Assembly (NCBI GenBank): GCA_038321985.1
Contig: JBBQFN010000015.1
Location: 59,306 to 123,305 of the forward strand
Direction of reading: 5' to 3'
DNA length: 64,000 nucleotides
DNA from: Cyanophyceae cyanobacterium
GTDB lineage: Bacteria > Cyanobacteriota > Cyanobacteriia > Cyanobacteriales > Laspinemataceae
Shown: piece after piece, positions 32,101 to 42,536 of the stretch
Position numbering within the stretch: position 1 is the stretch's first letter
Layout: each line of letters starts with the position of its first letter
The notes under the pieces: model-generated
The model's database searches: none
What the model was told of the DNA's origin: nothing
The model's input: only the letters and a program-made list of their open reading frames with translations
Translations under genes and position numbers: made by a program

Positions 32101-32937
32101 GGTTTCGATTTTGCTGGCGACTTCCAGGGTATTGGCGATCGCCTCTTGAATCACCTCATCGGACAAGTGATCTCTAAACAATAACGCCATTTCTTCAGCG
32201 GATTTCATATACTCAGTTCCGCTATAGCGCATTCGCTTATCTTCGCTAATCAGCTTTCCGGTTTGAATACACAACAGCGCATCATGGGCTTCTACGTCAT
32301 AACAGGAGATAAAATGGGAATCGTTGGTGGCAATTAGTTTAATATTCAGTTCTCGGGCAATTTTCACCAACTCCACATTCACGATTCGGTCTTCTTGGGA
32401 CCCATGATCCTGGAGTTCTAAATAATAATCATCCCCGAATAGTTTCTTATACCATTTCGCCACTTTTCGGGCAACATCTAGTTTATTTTGGAGAATTGCT
32501 TGAGGAATTTCCCCCCCTAGACAAGCACTGGTCACAATTAACCCTTCGTGATATTGTTCTAAGAGTTCTTTGTTAATACAAGGACGGGCAAAAATTCCTT
32601 TGCCATGAATCCCTTCTAAACTAGAAATTGTGGTTAATTTGACTAAATTTTTATAACCTTTGGTGTTTTTTGCTAAAACAACTTGATGATAGCGACGGCA
32701 ACGGGCTGTTGTGTCTAACGGTTCGTTAATCACATACATTTCATTGCCGATAATCGGTTTAATTCCTTTTCCTCGGCAGACTTTAATCAGTTCGATCGCC
32801 CCGTACATGACGCCGTGATCCGTCAGGGCGATCGCCGGCATTCCTAACTCGATCGCCTTGTCAATCAGTTTCGGAATCTGACTGGCACCATCGAGTAGGC
32901 TATAATCGGTGTGAACGTGCAGACCAACAAATGACAT
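29188..32937 (-). CDS. dnaE: DNA polymerase III alpha subunit, full length and intein-free
   Basis: PHP domain ([12 protein letters not shown]), [16 protein letters not shown], contiguous [11 protein letters not shown]-terminal OB fold. Confidence 0.97.
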   Translation of the reverse strand: MSFVGLHVHTDYSLLDGASQIPKLIDKAIELGMPAIALTDHGVMYGAIELIKVCRGKGIKPIIGNEMYVINEPLDTTARCRRYHQVVLAKNTKGYKNLVKLTTISSLEGIHGKGIFARPCINKELLEQYHEGLIVTSACLGGEIPQAILQNKLDVARKVAKWYKKLFGDDYYLELQDHGSQEDRIVNVELVKIARELNIKLIATNDSHFISCYDVEAHDALLCIQTGKLISEDKRMRYSGTEYMKSAEEMALLFRDHLSDEVIQEAIANTLEVASKIETYHILGEPRIPDFQCPPGETPNTYVEWIAKEGLKERFKYKSYEEIPQVYRDRLVYEVEMLQKMGFAAYFLVVWDYIKYARDRGIPVGPGRGSAAGSLVAYAMQITNIDPVHHGLLFERFLNPERKSMPDIDTDFCISRRDEVIQYVTEKYGKDRVAQIITFNRLTSKAVLKDVARVLGVPYKKSDEMAKLIPVSRGKPEKLSVMISDKSPAPEFREAYVKNEQILREDGTIVKFQQWLDMALRIEGTNKSSGVHAAGVVISADPLDEIVPLQKNNDGATITQYPMEDLESLGLLKMDFLGLKNLTMIQKTLDYIKETKNLDFDPYQFPSDERRAQEVMARGTVKKLPKDIEKTYKILERGDLEGVFQLESSGMKQIVQDLKPSSIEDISSILALYRPGPLDAGLIPKFIDRKHGREAIQYEHPLLEGILQETYAVMVYQEQIMKIAQDLGGYSLGQADLLRRAMGKKKPEEMNKHRELFLDGATKNGVSKSIAEKLFNQMLLFAEYCFNKSHSTAYGYVTYQTAYLKANYPVEYMAALLTSNSGDQDKVQKYIANCQELNITVQGPDINRSGVDFTPVDANPEQGTILFGLSAVKNIGENAIQCILTERDGKGSFKSLADLCDRINLHTVNSRALEALIKCGALDGLNSNRKQSIEYMPLAIKWAQDRAKEQETGQLNLFDQLAVMTATSTFESAPVPPNIADFPVEEKLQFEKELLGFYVSEHPLKNAGRIAEQLGIALVSLGKLDEQKSRSKVSVLVMLTEIKQILTKKDERRMAFLQMEDIEGKAEAVVFPDTYEQVHELLIADTPILVSGKVDRKDDRTQVIVEEARVLKFEELKPVGNSVLPRITEMILLELTTSRINAPDVLDRLKVILEEHSADKTKATVPAIAIVIKPGTQYRAAAICGPNFWVQDCHNVVTALNSAGFPAVAYSLPPTNGTGNVPPFPDPTPFQYITVPYLNSIRSILQDIE

Positions 32938-33114
32938 ATAAATTTACGTTCGAGTTAGGTTTGATGAGGGAATTAATAGAGCTTTGATAGTTGAGGGATT
33001 AAAAATTTATCCCTCTTTTAGGGGACTCTGACTCCTTGCAGAAAATTATGAGCCTGCTCACCGGGGAAGGAGTCAGAGTAACCCGAAATTGCATTCTTAA
33101 AGAGTGGACTCAAG

Positions 33115-34038
33115 TTATCGGAAAGACTGAATTTCTTCCCTTGAACTGTCTTGATTCTGCTGATTTTGGGCCAGGGATACGAAGTTCTGCACCGCTTTAA
33201 AATAGGCTTCTCCAGCAATGGTTGCCACATTATTATGACCCGCCCCCGCTACCAAAAATAGACGTTTCGGTTCTGGGGCAATTTTATAAAGCTGTTCGCT
33301 CATTTCGCTAGGAATTTGCGGGTCATCAGTCCCATGAATGAACAAAATCGGAACCTCTAACTGGCTCATTTTAGCCCGAGAATTAAAGCGATTAGTCAAT
33401 AATAAATCAATGGGAAACATCCAAAAATTAAACCGATAATCCACCATTTCTCGCATGGTTGTAAACGAACTTTGAACAATTACCCCAGCGCACTCAGGTT
33501 GGCGAATCGCGAGGTCAACTGCGATCGCCCCCCCGAGAGAATGTCCGTACAAAAATATCTGTTTCGGCGATACACTCCGGTCCTGAATTAAATAATTCCA
33601 CGCCGTTACTGCATCCAGAAACACAGTTTTCTCCGTTGGAAATGACCCTTCCGAGAGTCCATAACCCCGGTAATCAATTAACAAGACGGAGAAACCCAGT
33701 TGATGAAACCGGGCGGCATGATTGACATTTGCGCCAATATTTACCCCATTACCATGGAGGTACAACAGGACTTGATCGCTGGGTTTTTCTGAGGGAATCC
33801 ACCACCCATGAATGCGTTCGACATCCCCCGTTTTCCCACTCACCGGAATCCAGACCTCTTCATAGTCGAGTTGAAGTTCAGCGGGAGTTGTTTCTATCGC
33901 CGGGTCGGGAAAAAAGATAAACCGATTTTGCCGAAAATAGAGAAACGCACAAGCTCCAAAGTAGGCGATCGCCAAAATCCCGGCAATCAAAAGAGGTCCT
34001 TTTACAGAAGTTGGCAGCCCCATTACATTCATGCCCAT
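33115..34038 (-). CDS. Alpha/beta hydrolase with N-terminal membrane anchor
   Basis: LHGNG, DYRGYG, nucleophile elbow GHSLGG, IHGTDD and GAGHN. Confidence 0.9.
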   Translation of the reverse strand: MGMNVMGLPTSVKGPLLIAGILAIAYFGACAFLYFRQNRFIFFPDPAIETTPAELQLDYEEVWIPVSGKTGDVERIHGWWIPSEKPSDQVLLYLHGNGVNIGANVNHAARFHQLGFSVLLIDYRGYGLSEGSFPTEKTVFLDAVTAWNYLIQDRSVSPKQIFLYGHSLGGAIAVDLAIRQPECAGVIVQSSFTTMREMVDYRFNFWMFPIDLLLTNRFNSRAKMSQLEVPILFIHGTDDPQIPSEMSEQLYKIAPEPKRLFLVAGAGHNNVATIAGEAYFKAVQNFVSLAQNQQNQDSSREEIQSFR

Positions 34039-34109
34039 CGCAAGGTTAGAGATTTAATTTTAGATGAAAATTAGGAGAGCTGCTCCTAGCCACCCTAAGC
34101 ATTTCCCTT

Positions 34110-35567
34110 TTAAATTTGAGGGCGGCGGTTATGCCAATCCGTCGCCTGTTCGTAAGCATAAGCCACTTCAAACAGTAAATCTTCCCGCAATACATTGGCA
34201 ATCATTTGCATTCCAATGGGTAATCCTTGATCGTCAAAACCACAGGGAAGACTCAGCGCCGGTAACCCCGCCAAATTGACCGGAATCGTCATCAAATCTG
34301 ATAAATACATACTCAAGGGGTCAGCGGTCTTTTCCCCTGCCTTAAATGCCGTAGAAGGAGCCGTGGGACAAACCAAAATATCCACTTGAGCAAAAGCTCG
34401 TTCAAAATCTTCCTTAATCAGAGTGCGAACTTTCTGCGCCTTGAGATAATACGCATCATAATACCCCGCCGATAGGGCATAGGTCCCGATCGCAATCCGA
34501 CGCTTCACCTCAGCCCCAAATCCCTGGGCCCGAGTCTTCCCATACATCTCCATCAAACTTTCAGTGTTCTGGGCCCGGAACCCATATTTCACTCCATCGT
34601 AACGGGCGAGGTTCGCCGAGGCTTCCGAAGGAGCAATAATGTAATAAGTAGGCAACCCATAGCGGAACCGGGGACAAGATACCACTTGAATTTCCGCCCC
34701 TAACTCTTGCAGCACCTCGATCGCCTTGGTGACGGCTCTTTCCACTCCCGCATCTAACCCCTCCCCAAAGGTTTCCTTAACAATCCCGATGCGCCGCTGA
34801 CCCTTGGGCTTTAAATTGGGTTTCACGAATTTCATATAGTCGGGGATCGTGACATTCAAACTGGTAGAATCCCTGGGATCATATCCGGCAATATGCTTGA
34901 GCAAAATCGCTGCATCTTCTACGGTGCGCCCAAAGGGTCCGATTTGGTCTAGGGAAGAGGCATACGCCACCAACCCATACCGAGACACTAATCCGTAGGT
35001 GGGTTTCATCCCCACCACCCCGCAGAATGAAGCCGGTTGCCGAATCGAACCCCCGGTATCCGAACCCAGGGCGATCGTGCATTCCCCCGAAGCCACCGCC
35101 GCGGCTGAACCCCCGGAAGATCCACCGGGAATCCGGCTCAGGTCCCAAGGATTAGAGGTGAGCTGGAAGGCGGAGTTTTCCGTCGAGCTTCCCATGGCAA
35201 ACTCGTCCATATTGGTTTTGCCGACGGTTATCGCTCCTGCCTGGATCAATCGCTCCGTAACCGTAGATTCGTAGGGGGGCACATAGTTTTCCAACATCCG
35301 GGATCCGCAAGTGGTGCGAATGCCTTCGGTACACATATTGTCCTTAATCGCGATAGGAATGCCTGCGAGCATACCGATTTCTTCACCGGCAGCGATTTTG
35401 GCATCCACCCGTTTCGCTTGTTCCAAAGCGTGATCGGGTGTCACGAGTAAGAAGCTCTTTAATTGGGGTTCTAACTTTTCGATCCGCTCTAGGGCTTCTT
35501 TGGTAATTTCTACCGCCGAGCGTTGTTTTCGGATTAGTTGTTTGTGTAACTCGCGGATGGATGCCAT
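34110..35567 (-). CDS. gatA: Asp/Glu-tRNA amidotransferase subunit A
   Basis: [36 protein letters not shown] and NLARYDGV. Confidence 0.97.
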   Translation of the reverse strand: MASIRELHKQLIRKQRSAVEITKEALERIEKLEPQLKSFLLVTPDHALEQAKRVDAKIAAGEEIGMLAGIPIAIKDNMCTEGIRTTCGSRMLENYVPPYESTVTERLIQAGAITVGKTNMDEFAMGSSTENSAFQLTSNPWDLSRIPGGSSGGSAAAVASGECTIALGSDTGGSIRQPASFCGVVGMKPTYGLVSRYGLVAYASSLDQIGPFGRTVEDAAILLKHIAGYDPRDSTSLNVTIPDYMKFVKPNLKPKGQRRIGIVKETFGEGLDAGVERAVTKAIEVLQELGAEIQVVSCPRFRYGLPTYYIIAPSEASANLARYDGVKYGFRAQNTESLMEMYGKTRAQGFGAEVKRRIAIGTYALSAGYYDAYYLKAQKVRTLIKEDFERAFAQVDILVCPTAPSTAFKAGEKTADPLSMYLSDLMTIPVNLAGLPALSLPCGFDDQGLPIGMQMIANVLREDLLFEVAYAYEQATDWHNRRPQI

Positions 35568-35930
35568 GCTCGTACCTTAGGATTTCAATATTAATATTAA
35601 GGTGATCTCAACTCGCCAGAATACCATCAAGTTTGGGGCTTTCAAATCTTTGGCGAAGCCAGGGTCTCTAAACTCATGCTATATCAGAATGAACAGGCAC
35701 TCCAAGGAGTTTCTTACTGGAGGAGGCTCTACTTGTGGGAACGCTCCGGGAACGATTTAGCCCGGGATATCCGGAGGCAGTTGGTATGCAGCGCTCTTTC
35801 GGGGGATAGATTCCCACGTGGATAATTTTCTAAGATTGATCCGGGCGAATTTCCGTCAGGGGGGCGATGTCAGGGGAGGGAAGGTCCCGTTATCTTAAAG
35901 GTATCTGATGATTTGCCCTTAACTTCAACC

Positions 35931-36662
35931 ATGACTTTCTCGGTAAAGCGCCCATCGCAGATGGTCAGTTGGATCGCATTAGGGGCGATCGCCATCCTTT
36001 TGATCCCCCCTAGCCCAATCCGCGCCCTTCCCCCACCCCCGGCGATCGCTAGGGAGGTGACCCTTGCGCAACCGTTGAAATTATGGCTGGATTTGTCTAG
36101 ACCCCCCCTGCCACCCCTGGGAGATTCCAGTCGCTACATTCCTTTAACCCGCCGCGATCGCAGCCAAACCCTATACGGTCATTGGCCCTACCCAGAAGCC
36201 CCGGATGGAGAGTTAGTGGCACTGGGAAATGGGGAACGGTTGCATCGTACGGCGGCCCGCCCGTTTCAGGCCATGGTAACCGCAGCCGCAGCCGATGGCG
36301 TCCAGTTAGTTCCCCTGTCTGGATTTCGCAGTCGCGATGCCCAACATTATGTTTTTTATGCGATCGCCGATCAACGGGGCCAAAGTCTGGAACAACGTGC
36401 TCGTTTTGCTGCACCTCCAGGCCATAGCGAACACCACACCGGCTATGTTATGGATATCGGGGATGGTTCTGCACCCGCCCATGACCTGCGGATCAGCTTT
36501 GAAAATACCGCTGCTTTTCGCTGGTTAAGGGCGAATGCAGCAACTTTTGGATTTGAACTGTCTTTCCCTGAAAATCATCTTTCAGTTCACTATGAACCCT
36601 GGCATTGGCGCTGGGTTGGAGATGCTCAAAGCCGCGAGTTATTTGAGCAAACCGGATACTAA
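35931..36662 (+). CDS. D-Ala-D-Ala carboxypeptidase, M15B/VanY family
   Basis: Signal-like N-terminus; SGFRS, APPGHSEHHTGYVMD (SxHxxGxxxD) and YEPWHWRW. Confidence 0.88.
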   Translation: MTFSVKRPSQMVSWIALGAIAILLIPPSPIRALPPPPAIAREVTLAQPLKLWLDLSRPPLPPLGDSSRYIPLTRRDRSQTLYGHWPYPEAPDGELVALGNGERLHRTAARPFQAMVTAAAADGVQLVPLSGFRSRDAQHYVFYAIADQRGQSLEQRARFAAPPGHSEHHTGYVMDIGDGSAPAHDLRISFENTAAFRWLRANAATFGFELSFPENHLSVHYEPWHWRWVGDAQSRELFEQTGY

Positions 36663-36705
36663 TGTCCCTACTCTGAGAGTCGCTCAGGGGTAAATCCGCT
36701 GAGGT

Positions 36706-37539
36706 TTAGACCGAGGTGGGAGTCTCTTTTTTAATCTCCTGTTGGGCCTGTTTTGCCATCTGAGCGATCGCTGCTTTATCGGGTGCAGGGGTATTGCTGG
36801 CGATTTTTAACCAGAGTAAATACTCGATATTTCCGGCAGGGCCACTGATGGGAGACCAGGTTAACCCGCCATAGTCCCAGCCGAGTTCAAGTGCCCCTTG
36901 CAAAACTTGGAAAATGGCGTCCGTATGGTCCGCTGGATCGCGGACTACACCTTTTTTCCCCACACGCGATCGCCCGACTTCAAACTGAGGTTTGACCAGC
37001 AAAATTAATTCTTTCGGAGACACCAGCAATTCCGATAAGGCCGGTAATATCTTAGTCAGAGAAATAAAGGAGACATCAACCACACCTAAATCCGGGATGT
37101 TCTCTTCAGATTTATATAAATCCAGTTTAGTTAAGTAACGCAAATTAGTGCGTTCTCGCAAAATCACCCGGGGGTCATTGCGAAGTCCCCAATCGACTTG
37201 ACCATACCCGACATCGATACCATAGACGAGTTTAGCTCCAGCTTGCAGTAAGCAGTCGGTAAAGCCTCCGGTAGAAATGCCGCCATCGAGGCAGAGGCGA
37301 TTACTCACGTCAACCGGAAAGGTTTCTAGGGCTTTTGCTAGTTTCTCTCCACCTCGGGACACGAAGCGCGATCGCGCTTTGAGGTGAAGTTCTGCATTGA
37401 TATCGACTTCTGTACCCGGTTTATCTAGCAGTTGTCCATCCACCCTGACTTCTCCAGCCCGAATGAACCGCTGTGCCTGCTGCCGGGAGGAACAGAGGTT
37501 TCTTTCTACTAACAAGGTATCGAGTCTTTGTTTAGCCAC
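36706..37539 (-). CDS. tlyA: TlyA family rRNA (cytidine-2'-O)-methyltransferase
   Basis: S4 domain RLDTLL; VSRGGEKL, DGGISTGGFTDCLLQ, DVSFISL, LVKPQFE and GNIEY. Confidence 0.93.
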   Translation of the reverse strand: MAKQRLDTLLVERNLCSSRQQAQRFIRAGEVRVDGQLLDKPGTEVDINAELHLKARSRFVSRGGEKLAKALETFPVDVSNRLCLDGGISTGGFTDCLLQAGAKLVYGIDVGYGQVDWGLRNDPRVILRERTNLRYLTKLDLYKSEENIPDLGVVDVSFISLTKILPALSELLVSPKELILLVKPQFEVGRSRVGKKGVVRDPADHTDAIFQVLQGALELGWDYGGLTWSPISGPAGNIEYLLWLKIASNTPAPDKAAIAQMAKQAQQEIKKETPTSV

Positions 37540-37760
37540 GGGATTTCACGGGTGCAGACGGGTTGAGAATACCTGATTTTACTGTTTTTTGGGCCAGGAT
37601 GGAGGCGATCGCTGGGAAACAATGGCTCCTGTCAAGCCAACCCCGTCAACCTTGAATGCTTCATCAATCGCTCAAGTTCCCCTCTTTTTAAAGATGAGAT
37701 GAAGCGTTTTAAATTCTTCAGCTTTAAATTTTTTTAGAGTGAAAAAAGTATGTTTCAGCC

Positions 37761-38140
37761 CTGATTGACTGACAAAAGATCCTGAAGGGGAGTAAGAAAA
37801 AAAGCAGACCTGGAACTCAAGCCATTGAGAGCGAAGCCGATGCTCAAAGCCAGAAGCCATAGCCAGGTCAGGGTCAGAATTAGAAGTAAAAACCACCTGT
37901 CGAATGAAGCGCCAACCTTGGGCTAAAGCAGAGCGAACCCACTCAAGACTTAAGACGAAAAGAGCGATTCCCTCGAAACCAACGAGGGTCAACCCATCGA
38001 CGCCAGCCAGAATGGACAACATCAAGACCCTGAGCCGTGACATAGAGAGTAGTCAAAGCCCGAACAAAGCAGAGGCGAGAAAGGAGACAGACCGAGCCAA
38101 GTTGGGAGGATTGGAGTTGCCAACCACTGGATTTGTCATC
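37761..38140 (-). mobile_element. IS4-like transposase 3' remnant with terminal inverted repeat (copy A)
   Basis: Minus strand reads DDKSSGWQLQSS...RRWVDPRWFRGN, frameshift, LEWVRSAL...DPDLAMAS; element end CTGATTGACTGACAAAAGA at 37761; near-identical copy at 40486. Confidence 0.8.
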
Positions 38141-38142
38141 TA

Positions 38143-38490
38143 CCTTCATCAGGTCGGGGCGATCGCCGAAAACACAGTGACAAATTTAAGCTAAACGATC
38201 GGATAAGTTGGGACAACTCAACTGCCAGCTTAAAAATAGATGACCCTAAGTTAGGACAAGTCCCAATTACTGGGTGGCGGGATAAGCATTTCAGGGCCGC
38301 TGCCACACATCCGATGCAAATTATCAGGGGGGAGCGTTTGAATCCTGACGGGAGTGGATGTCTTGGGAAACCCTTATGGCTGGCTTGGATGGGTGAAGAA
38401 ATGCCTCCATTAAGCCTAGCTTGGCAAATTTACTTACGTCGCTTTGCAATTGATCCCTGGTTTCACTGGACTCTCCCTAAACTCCAGTAA
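38143..38490 (+). pseudogene. Internal fragment of a cyanobacterial DDE transposase (IS701-like / NF041680-type)
   Basis: GRGDRRKHSDKFKLND...KPLWLAWMGEEMPPLSLAWQIYLRRFAIDPWFHWTLPKL*; no start codon; apparent internal deletion before HWTLPKL. Confidence 0.7.
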
Positions 38491-38496
38491 TTTACG

Positions 38497-38927
38497 GCAT
38501 GGCTATTAGAAGTTTTACCAGTTAATCTTATATTAAAATGATAGATATAGAGGTGGATGAAGCCTCCAACGAGTTAGCCAAAACGGGCCGACTTCGAGTA
38601 ATAGTGCAAGATAACGGGTCGATTCATAAAAGTTTATAATTCCAGAGCAAATGGTCTTCATGGGAACTCCAAGGATTGTACATTTTCTTACTCCCTAAAT
38701 ACTGCTCAGAACTGAACAAAATTGAATTAGAGTCGCAGCATTTGAAACGCGATGCCTTGGCCCGACGTATGTTTGAAGAGGAACTAGACCTAGCTTATGC
38801 GGTTAGGGCAGGTTTAGAAGCCAGAAGTACACAGGGAAACTATACAGCCAAACGGGTTCAGTTTAATTCTGGTTCATCTTCTTAACATATCTTTACTTGA
38901 TAGCGATTTTTTTCACCTCCCTACTTA
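38497..38927 (+). pseudogene. IS630-family transposase 3' remnant with likely right end
   Basis: RVIVQDNGSIHKSL*FQSKW...LLPKYCSELNKIE (DDE_3 motifs) with an in-frame TAA; followed by TTTTTCACCTCCCTACTTA ending in TA. Confidence 0.75.
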
Positions 38928-38940
38928 TAAATCCAAAGCA

Positions 38941-40419
38941 GTGAACCAAAACAATATGAAAGTCCAAAAACAAGAATGGAAGCTCCGGAAAATCCTGTCC
39001 CTCGGCTTAGGAACAATTGCTCTGATCAACATTGTTATCAGTGCTATTGCCTACGCAACAAATAGTAGTTTAGTGGAAACTATGACGTGGGTGAATCATA
39101 CGAATGAAGTTAAGTCCAATATTCGATTGCTAGAAAAAGTTGTGGTCGATGCTGAAACGGGTCAACGAGGATTTTTATTCACGGGAAATCCAGACTTTCT
39201 AGAACCATACAATCAAAGTCTTGAAAAAGAGAGTATGGTATTTAAAGACTTAAAAGAATTGATCCAGGATAACCCTGAGCAAACTCAAAAACTCCCTGTG
39301 ATTGAGGGGTTGATAGCAGACAAGCTTGCAGAACTTGCTCAAACGATTCGGCTGAAGCAAAATGGACAGGAGGAACATCTCATAGTATTGGTCACTTCTG
39401 GGAAAGGAAAACAAATTATGGATGAAATTAGATTTCAAATCAATGGCATGGAGGCCGCTGAAAATGCGTTGCTCATGGTGCGAAAACAGAAGGCAATTCA
39501 GGCAGAACAGTGGATGAAAATTTCGATATTATTGGGAGCAGCTATTTTATTTGTTCTTGTGCTTTTAATCTTTCGATTTACCCAAGAAAAAATCGTTCAG
39601 CCTATCGAAGGAGTTTCCCTAGACTTAACCTCAATGTCGTCTCAACTCGCAAGCACGATTGAGGAGCAGGAAAATGTTGCCAATCAACAGGCAGTATCCA
39701 TGAGTCAAACTACCGCAACGGTGAGCGAACTGGCGGCATCTTCGCGACATATGGCGACCCAAGCTGAATCAACTTCAAGGCATGGTAAACAAGTTATTGC
39801 TCTCACGGAATCCGGACAGGATGCCATGGAATCCTCAGTCCAGGAAATTAAAATATTACAAGTCAATGCCGGAAAAATAACGCAACAAACTCAAGTTCTT
39901 GAAACCCAAGCTGAACGAATTGGAACTATTTCTAATTTGGTGAGTGAAATTGCAATGCAGACAAACTTATTGGCATTAAATGCGGCCATTGAAGCTGTTC
40001 GAGCGGGAGATCAGGGCAAAGGGTTTGGAGTGGTTGCGTCTGAAATTCGGAAGCTTGCTGACCAAAGTAAAAACTCTGCTCATCAAATCAATGCATTAGT
40101 TCAAGAGATTAAAAATTCCATTAATTCGACAACACAGGTGACGATAGAAGGGTCTCAAAAAATCGATCAATTAATGCAGGTGATTCAATCAGCATCGGAA
40201 ACATTTGAAACAGTTTTCACCTCGATTAATACGGTGGTGTTGAGTTCTCAACAAATTGCCGCTAATATCAAGCAGCAGGATATTGCCATTCAACAAATTA
40301 CGGAAGTGGTGACGAGTATTAATTTAGGGGCGATTCAAACGGCGACGGGGCTTGCGCAAACTCGGATCAGTAGCCAACAGTTAAAGGATAATGCGAAAAT
40401 TTTAGCGGATTTGGTGTAG
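38941..40419 (+). CDS. Methyl-accepting chemotaxis protein with CHASE3 sensor domain
   Basis: TM1; CHASE3 motif [13 protein letters not shown]...LEPY; TM2; MCP hairpin [34 protein letters not shown]. Confidence 0.93.
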   Translation: MNQNNMKVQKQEWKLRKILSLGLGTIALINIVISAIAYATNSSLVETMTWVNHTNEVKSNIRLLEKVVVDAETGQRGFLFTGNPDFLEPYNQSLEKESMVFKDLKELIQDNPEQTQKLPVIEGLIADKLAELAQTIRLKQNGQEEHLIVLVTSGKGKQIMDEIRFQINGMEAAENALLMVRKQKAIQAEQWMKISILLGAAILFVLVLLIFRFTQEKIVQPIEGVSLDLTSMSSQLASTIEEQENVANQQAVSMSQTTATVSELAASSRHMATQAESTSRHGKQVIALTESGQDAMESSVQEIKILQVNAGKITQQTQVLETQAERIGTISNLVSEIAMQTNLLALNAAIEAVRAGDQGKGFGVVASEIRKLADQSKNSAHQINALVQEIKNSINSTTQVTIEGSQKIDQLMQVIQSASETFETVFTSINTVVLSSQQIAANIKQQDIAIQQITEVVTSINLGAIQTATGLAQTRISSQQLKDNAKILADLV

Positions 40420-40485
40420 GGCGATTGCTTCCTCCCTTCCTCCATATAGTGAGCATTTCAAAACTCTCTAAATTACACCCTCTGC

Positions 40486-40888
40486 CTGATTGACTGACAA
40501 AAGATCCTGAAGGGGAGTAAGAAAAAGAGCAGACCTGGAACTCAAGCCGTTGAGAGCGAAGCCGATGCTCAAAGCCAGAAGCCATAGCCAGGTCAGGGTC
40601 AGAATTAGAAGTAAAAACTACCTGTCGAATCAATCATCAAGCTTGGGCTAACGCAGAGCGAACCCACTCAAGACGCAGACGAAAAGAGCGATTCCCTCAA
40701 AACCAACGAGGGTCAACCCATCGACGGCAGCCAGAATGGACAACATCAAGACCTTGAGCCGTGACATAGAGAGTAGTCAAAGCCAGAACAAAGCAGAGGC
40801 GAGAAAGGACACAGACCGATCTCAGTTGGGAGAAGATGTCTGGCAAATTCTTCAGCCTTCTCCTCTCATTCTTTTGTCAGTGAATCAG
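40486..40888 (-). mobile_element. MITE: internally deleted IS4-like element with both TIRs (copy B)
   Basis: Ends CTGATTGACTGACAAAAGA and TCTTTTGTCAGTGAATCAG are inverted with one mismatch; 403 bp; the interior is the transposase 3' end with stop codons. Confidence 0.82.
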
Positions 40889-41108
40889 ATTTCAGGCACT
40901 GGATCAAGAGGGATAAATTTTTATCAGTTATGAATCATTAATAATTTTGAATTGTTACTGATTCATGACAATTTAAAGTTTTGTATCCTTACCGAACTTT
41001 TCAGTTAATAAGAGGGACCTGGGAGGAGCCTGATTCTGCAAAAGCTCTATAGAATCGCTCCCCGGTGACTGCTTCATATTTTTTCATGCAAAACGGTACA
41101 CAAAATTA

Positions 41109-41136
41109 TTGACGAAACTGTAACTAATGTTACCAT
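41109..41136 (+). promoter_or_regulatory. Putative promoter (TTGACG-N16-TACCAT) overlapped by a canonical NtcA box GTA-N8-TAC (41120-41133)
   Basis: ttgacgaaactGTAactaatgtTACcat. Confidence 0.65.
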
Positions 41137-41293
41137 TAAAGAGAAATCCAAGAAAAATGACCCCTGTTCTTGATCCCACTCCTGATGCCTTGAGTCTGGA
41201 GAGACAAGGTGCTATTGAATCCGGGTAGGTAGTTTGATTAAGAATGAGGAATTAGCTTGGATCCGCAGTTGAATTTACAGTGGAGAGGCACTC

Positions 41294-41797
41294 ATGCTAG
41301 AAGCAAAACTTAACCCCTGCGCGAATTTGTTGTATGGCTGGATTCAGCGCCGAGGAACCGGGGAGTCCCAAGTGACCGTGGATTTACAAGATTTTAAAGC
41401 ATGGACTGCGGAATATCGGGACCATCCTTATAGCGATCGCGAAATTTTTGATGCCTTGCAGCAATTAAAGGAATGGGAAGCAGTGGCGATCGCCAAAACA
41501 GAAGTCACCCTAGCGGTAAAGCCTACAAAAGTTGAGGGATGGATAGAACAACCCTCCTTGGAATGGTTACTCAACGAGTGCAATCTCACCGGAGAAAATG
41601 CCGGGAATCAACGAAATTGGCATCATTCTTCAAGCCTTCGTCCAAATCGATTTTTAACCGTTTCTCTGGTGGTTGTAACCTCTTTTCTCTGTGGACTCAT
41701 CCCCTTAGGCGCGGCTCAAACGTTTCCGGAAACCCTATTTGCCAGCGTGGAAACCCTAACTCCCTGGAGTGTCCTTGGGGAACCTAATAATTATTAA
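41294..41797 (+). CDS. Hypothetical protein with a helical N-terminal domain and a C-terminal TM helix
   Basis: GGAGAGG RBS before the ATG; hydrophobic FLTVSLVVVTSFLCGLIPLGAA. Confidence 0.75.
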   Translation: MLEAKLNPCANLLYGWIQRRGTGESQVTVDLQDFKAWTAEYRDHPYSDREIFDALQQLKEWEAVAIAKTEVTLAVKPTKVEGWIEQPSLEWLLNECNLTGENAGNQRNWHHSSSLRPNRFLTVSLVVVTSFLCGLIPLGAAQTFPETLFASVETLTPWSVLGEPNNY

Positions 41798-42068
41798 TCT
41801 TTTAGATAAGAGGGCGCTTTTATAAGTAAAATTCCGGGTTTTAAGCAGTGCCTGGAGTCGGGGAGGTTTCACCCTCTCGCGTCGTCAGGGAACTTTTTTC
41901 GTCTATATACAGATAACGTAGATTTTAGAAACGATCGCGATCACAGTTGTAGCTGTTTTTGATCTCCTGATTGGCTAAGTAAGATCACTTAGCAAGTAGC
42001 CTACTGGCGGGATGATAGAGACAGGACAAGATTCAGAACCAATATAAAAGTTCTAAGCAAATTCAGGT

Positions 42069-42266
42069 ATGGCCTTCTCACAAGCGACCGACCGAGATTC
42101 CTTCAACCCCTCAGAAAATCCCTTAGCGATTCTAAGTGGAGACAGCATTTATATTGTTTATCCCAATGGCACAGTAGAAGCGATCGCCAGTCAATTTTTA
42201 GAGCGATCGCGGATTAAGCTCCTGCTTCAGAGTTGTCAAGTATGGGGCGATCTGGCAGCCTTTTAA
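42069..42266 (+). CDS. Possible small hypothetical protein (65 aa)
   Basis: ATG ORF in an otherwise empty gap; no recognisable motif. Confidence 0.3.
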   Translation: MAFSQATDRDSFNPSENPLAILSGDSIYIVYPNGTVEAIASQFLERSRIKLLLQSCQVWGDLAAF

Positions 42267-42536
42267 AAGGCGATCGCCAGACCTCAGCAATCCAGGGTAT
42301 ATAACCTTGAGTAACCCGGAAAATGTAGAAACGCTCCACTTTTGATCGCTACAACGGTTTGAGCTAATAAAATCAAATAAAGGGTTCTTAACCCGGATGG
42401 GGGTTTTCCCTGATTTACCTTTCTTGCAGGTAGATCAGGGAAAATAGCGGTTTTGGAGACCCATAACCCCCACAAAATATAAAGTCCGCCCATGCGGACT
42501 TCCCGAGAGTCAAAATTCGGTTTTAAAGTCGGGCGA

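Noticed and set aside
37672..38194. ORFs 37672-38043, 37904-38194, 40367-40633 and 40736-40933 as independent genes
   Set aside because: They are reading frames of the IS remnant and the MITE.
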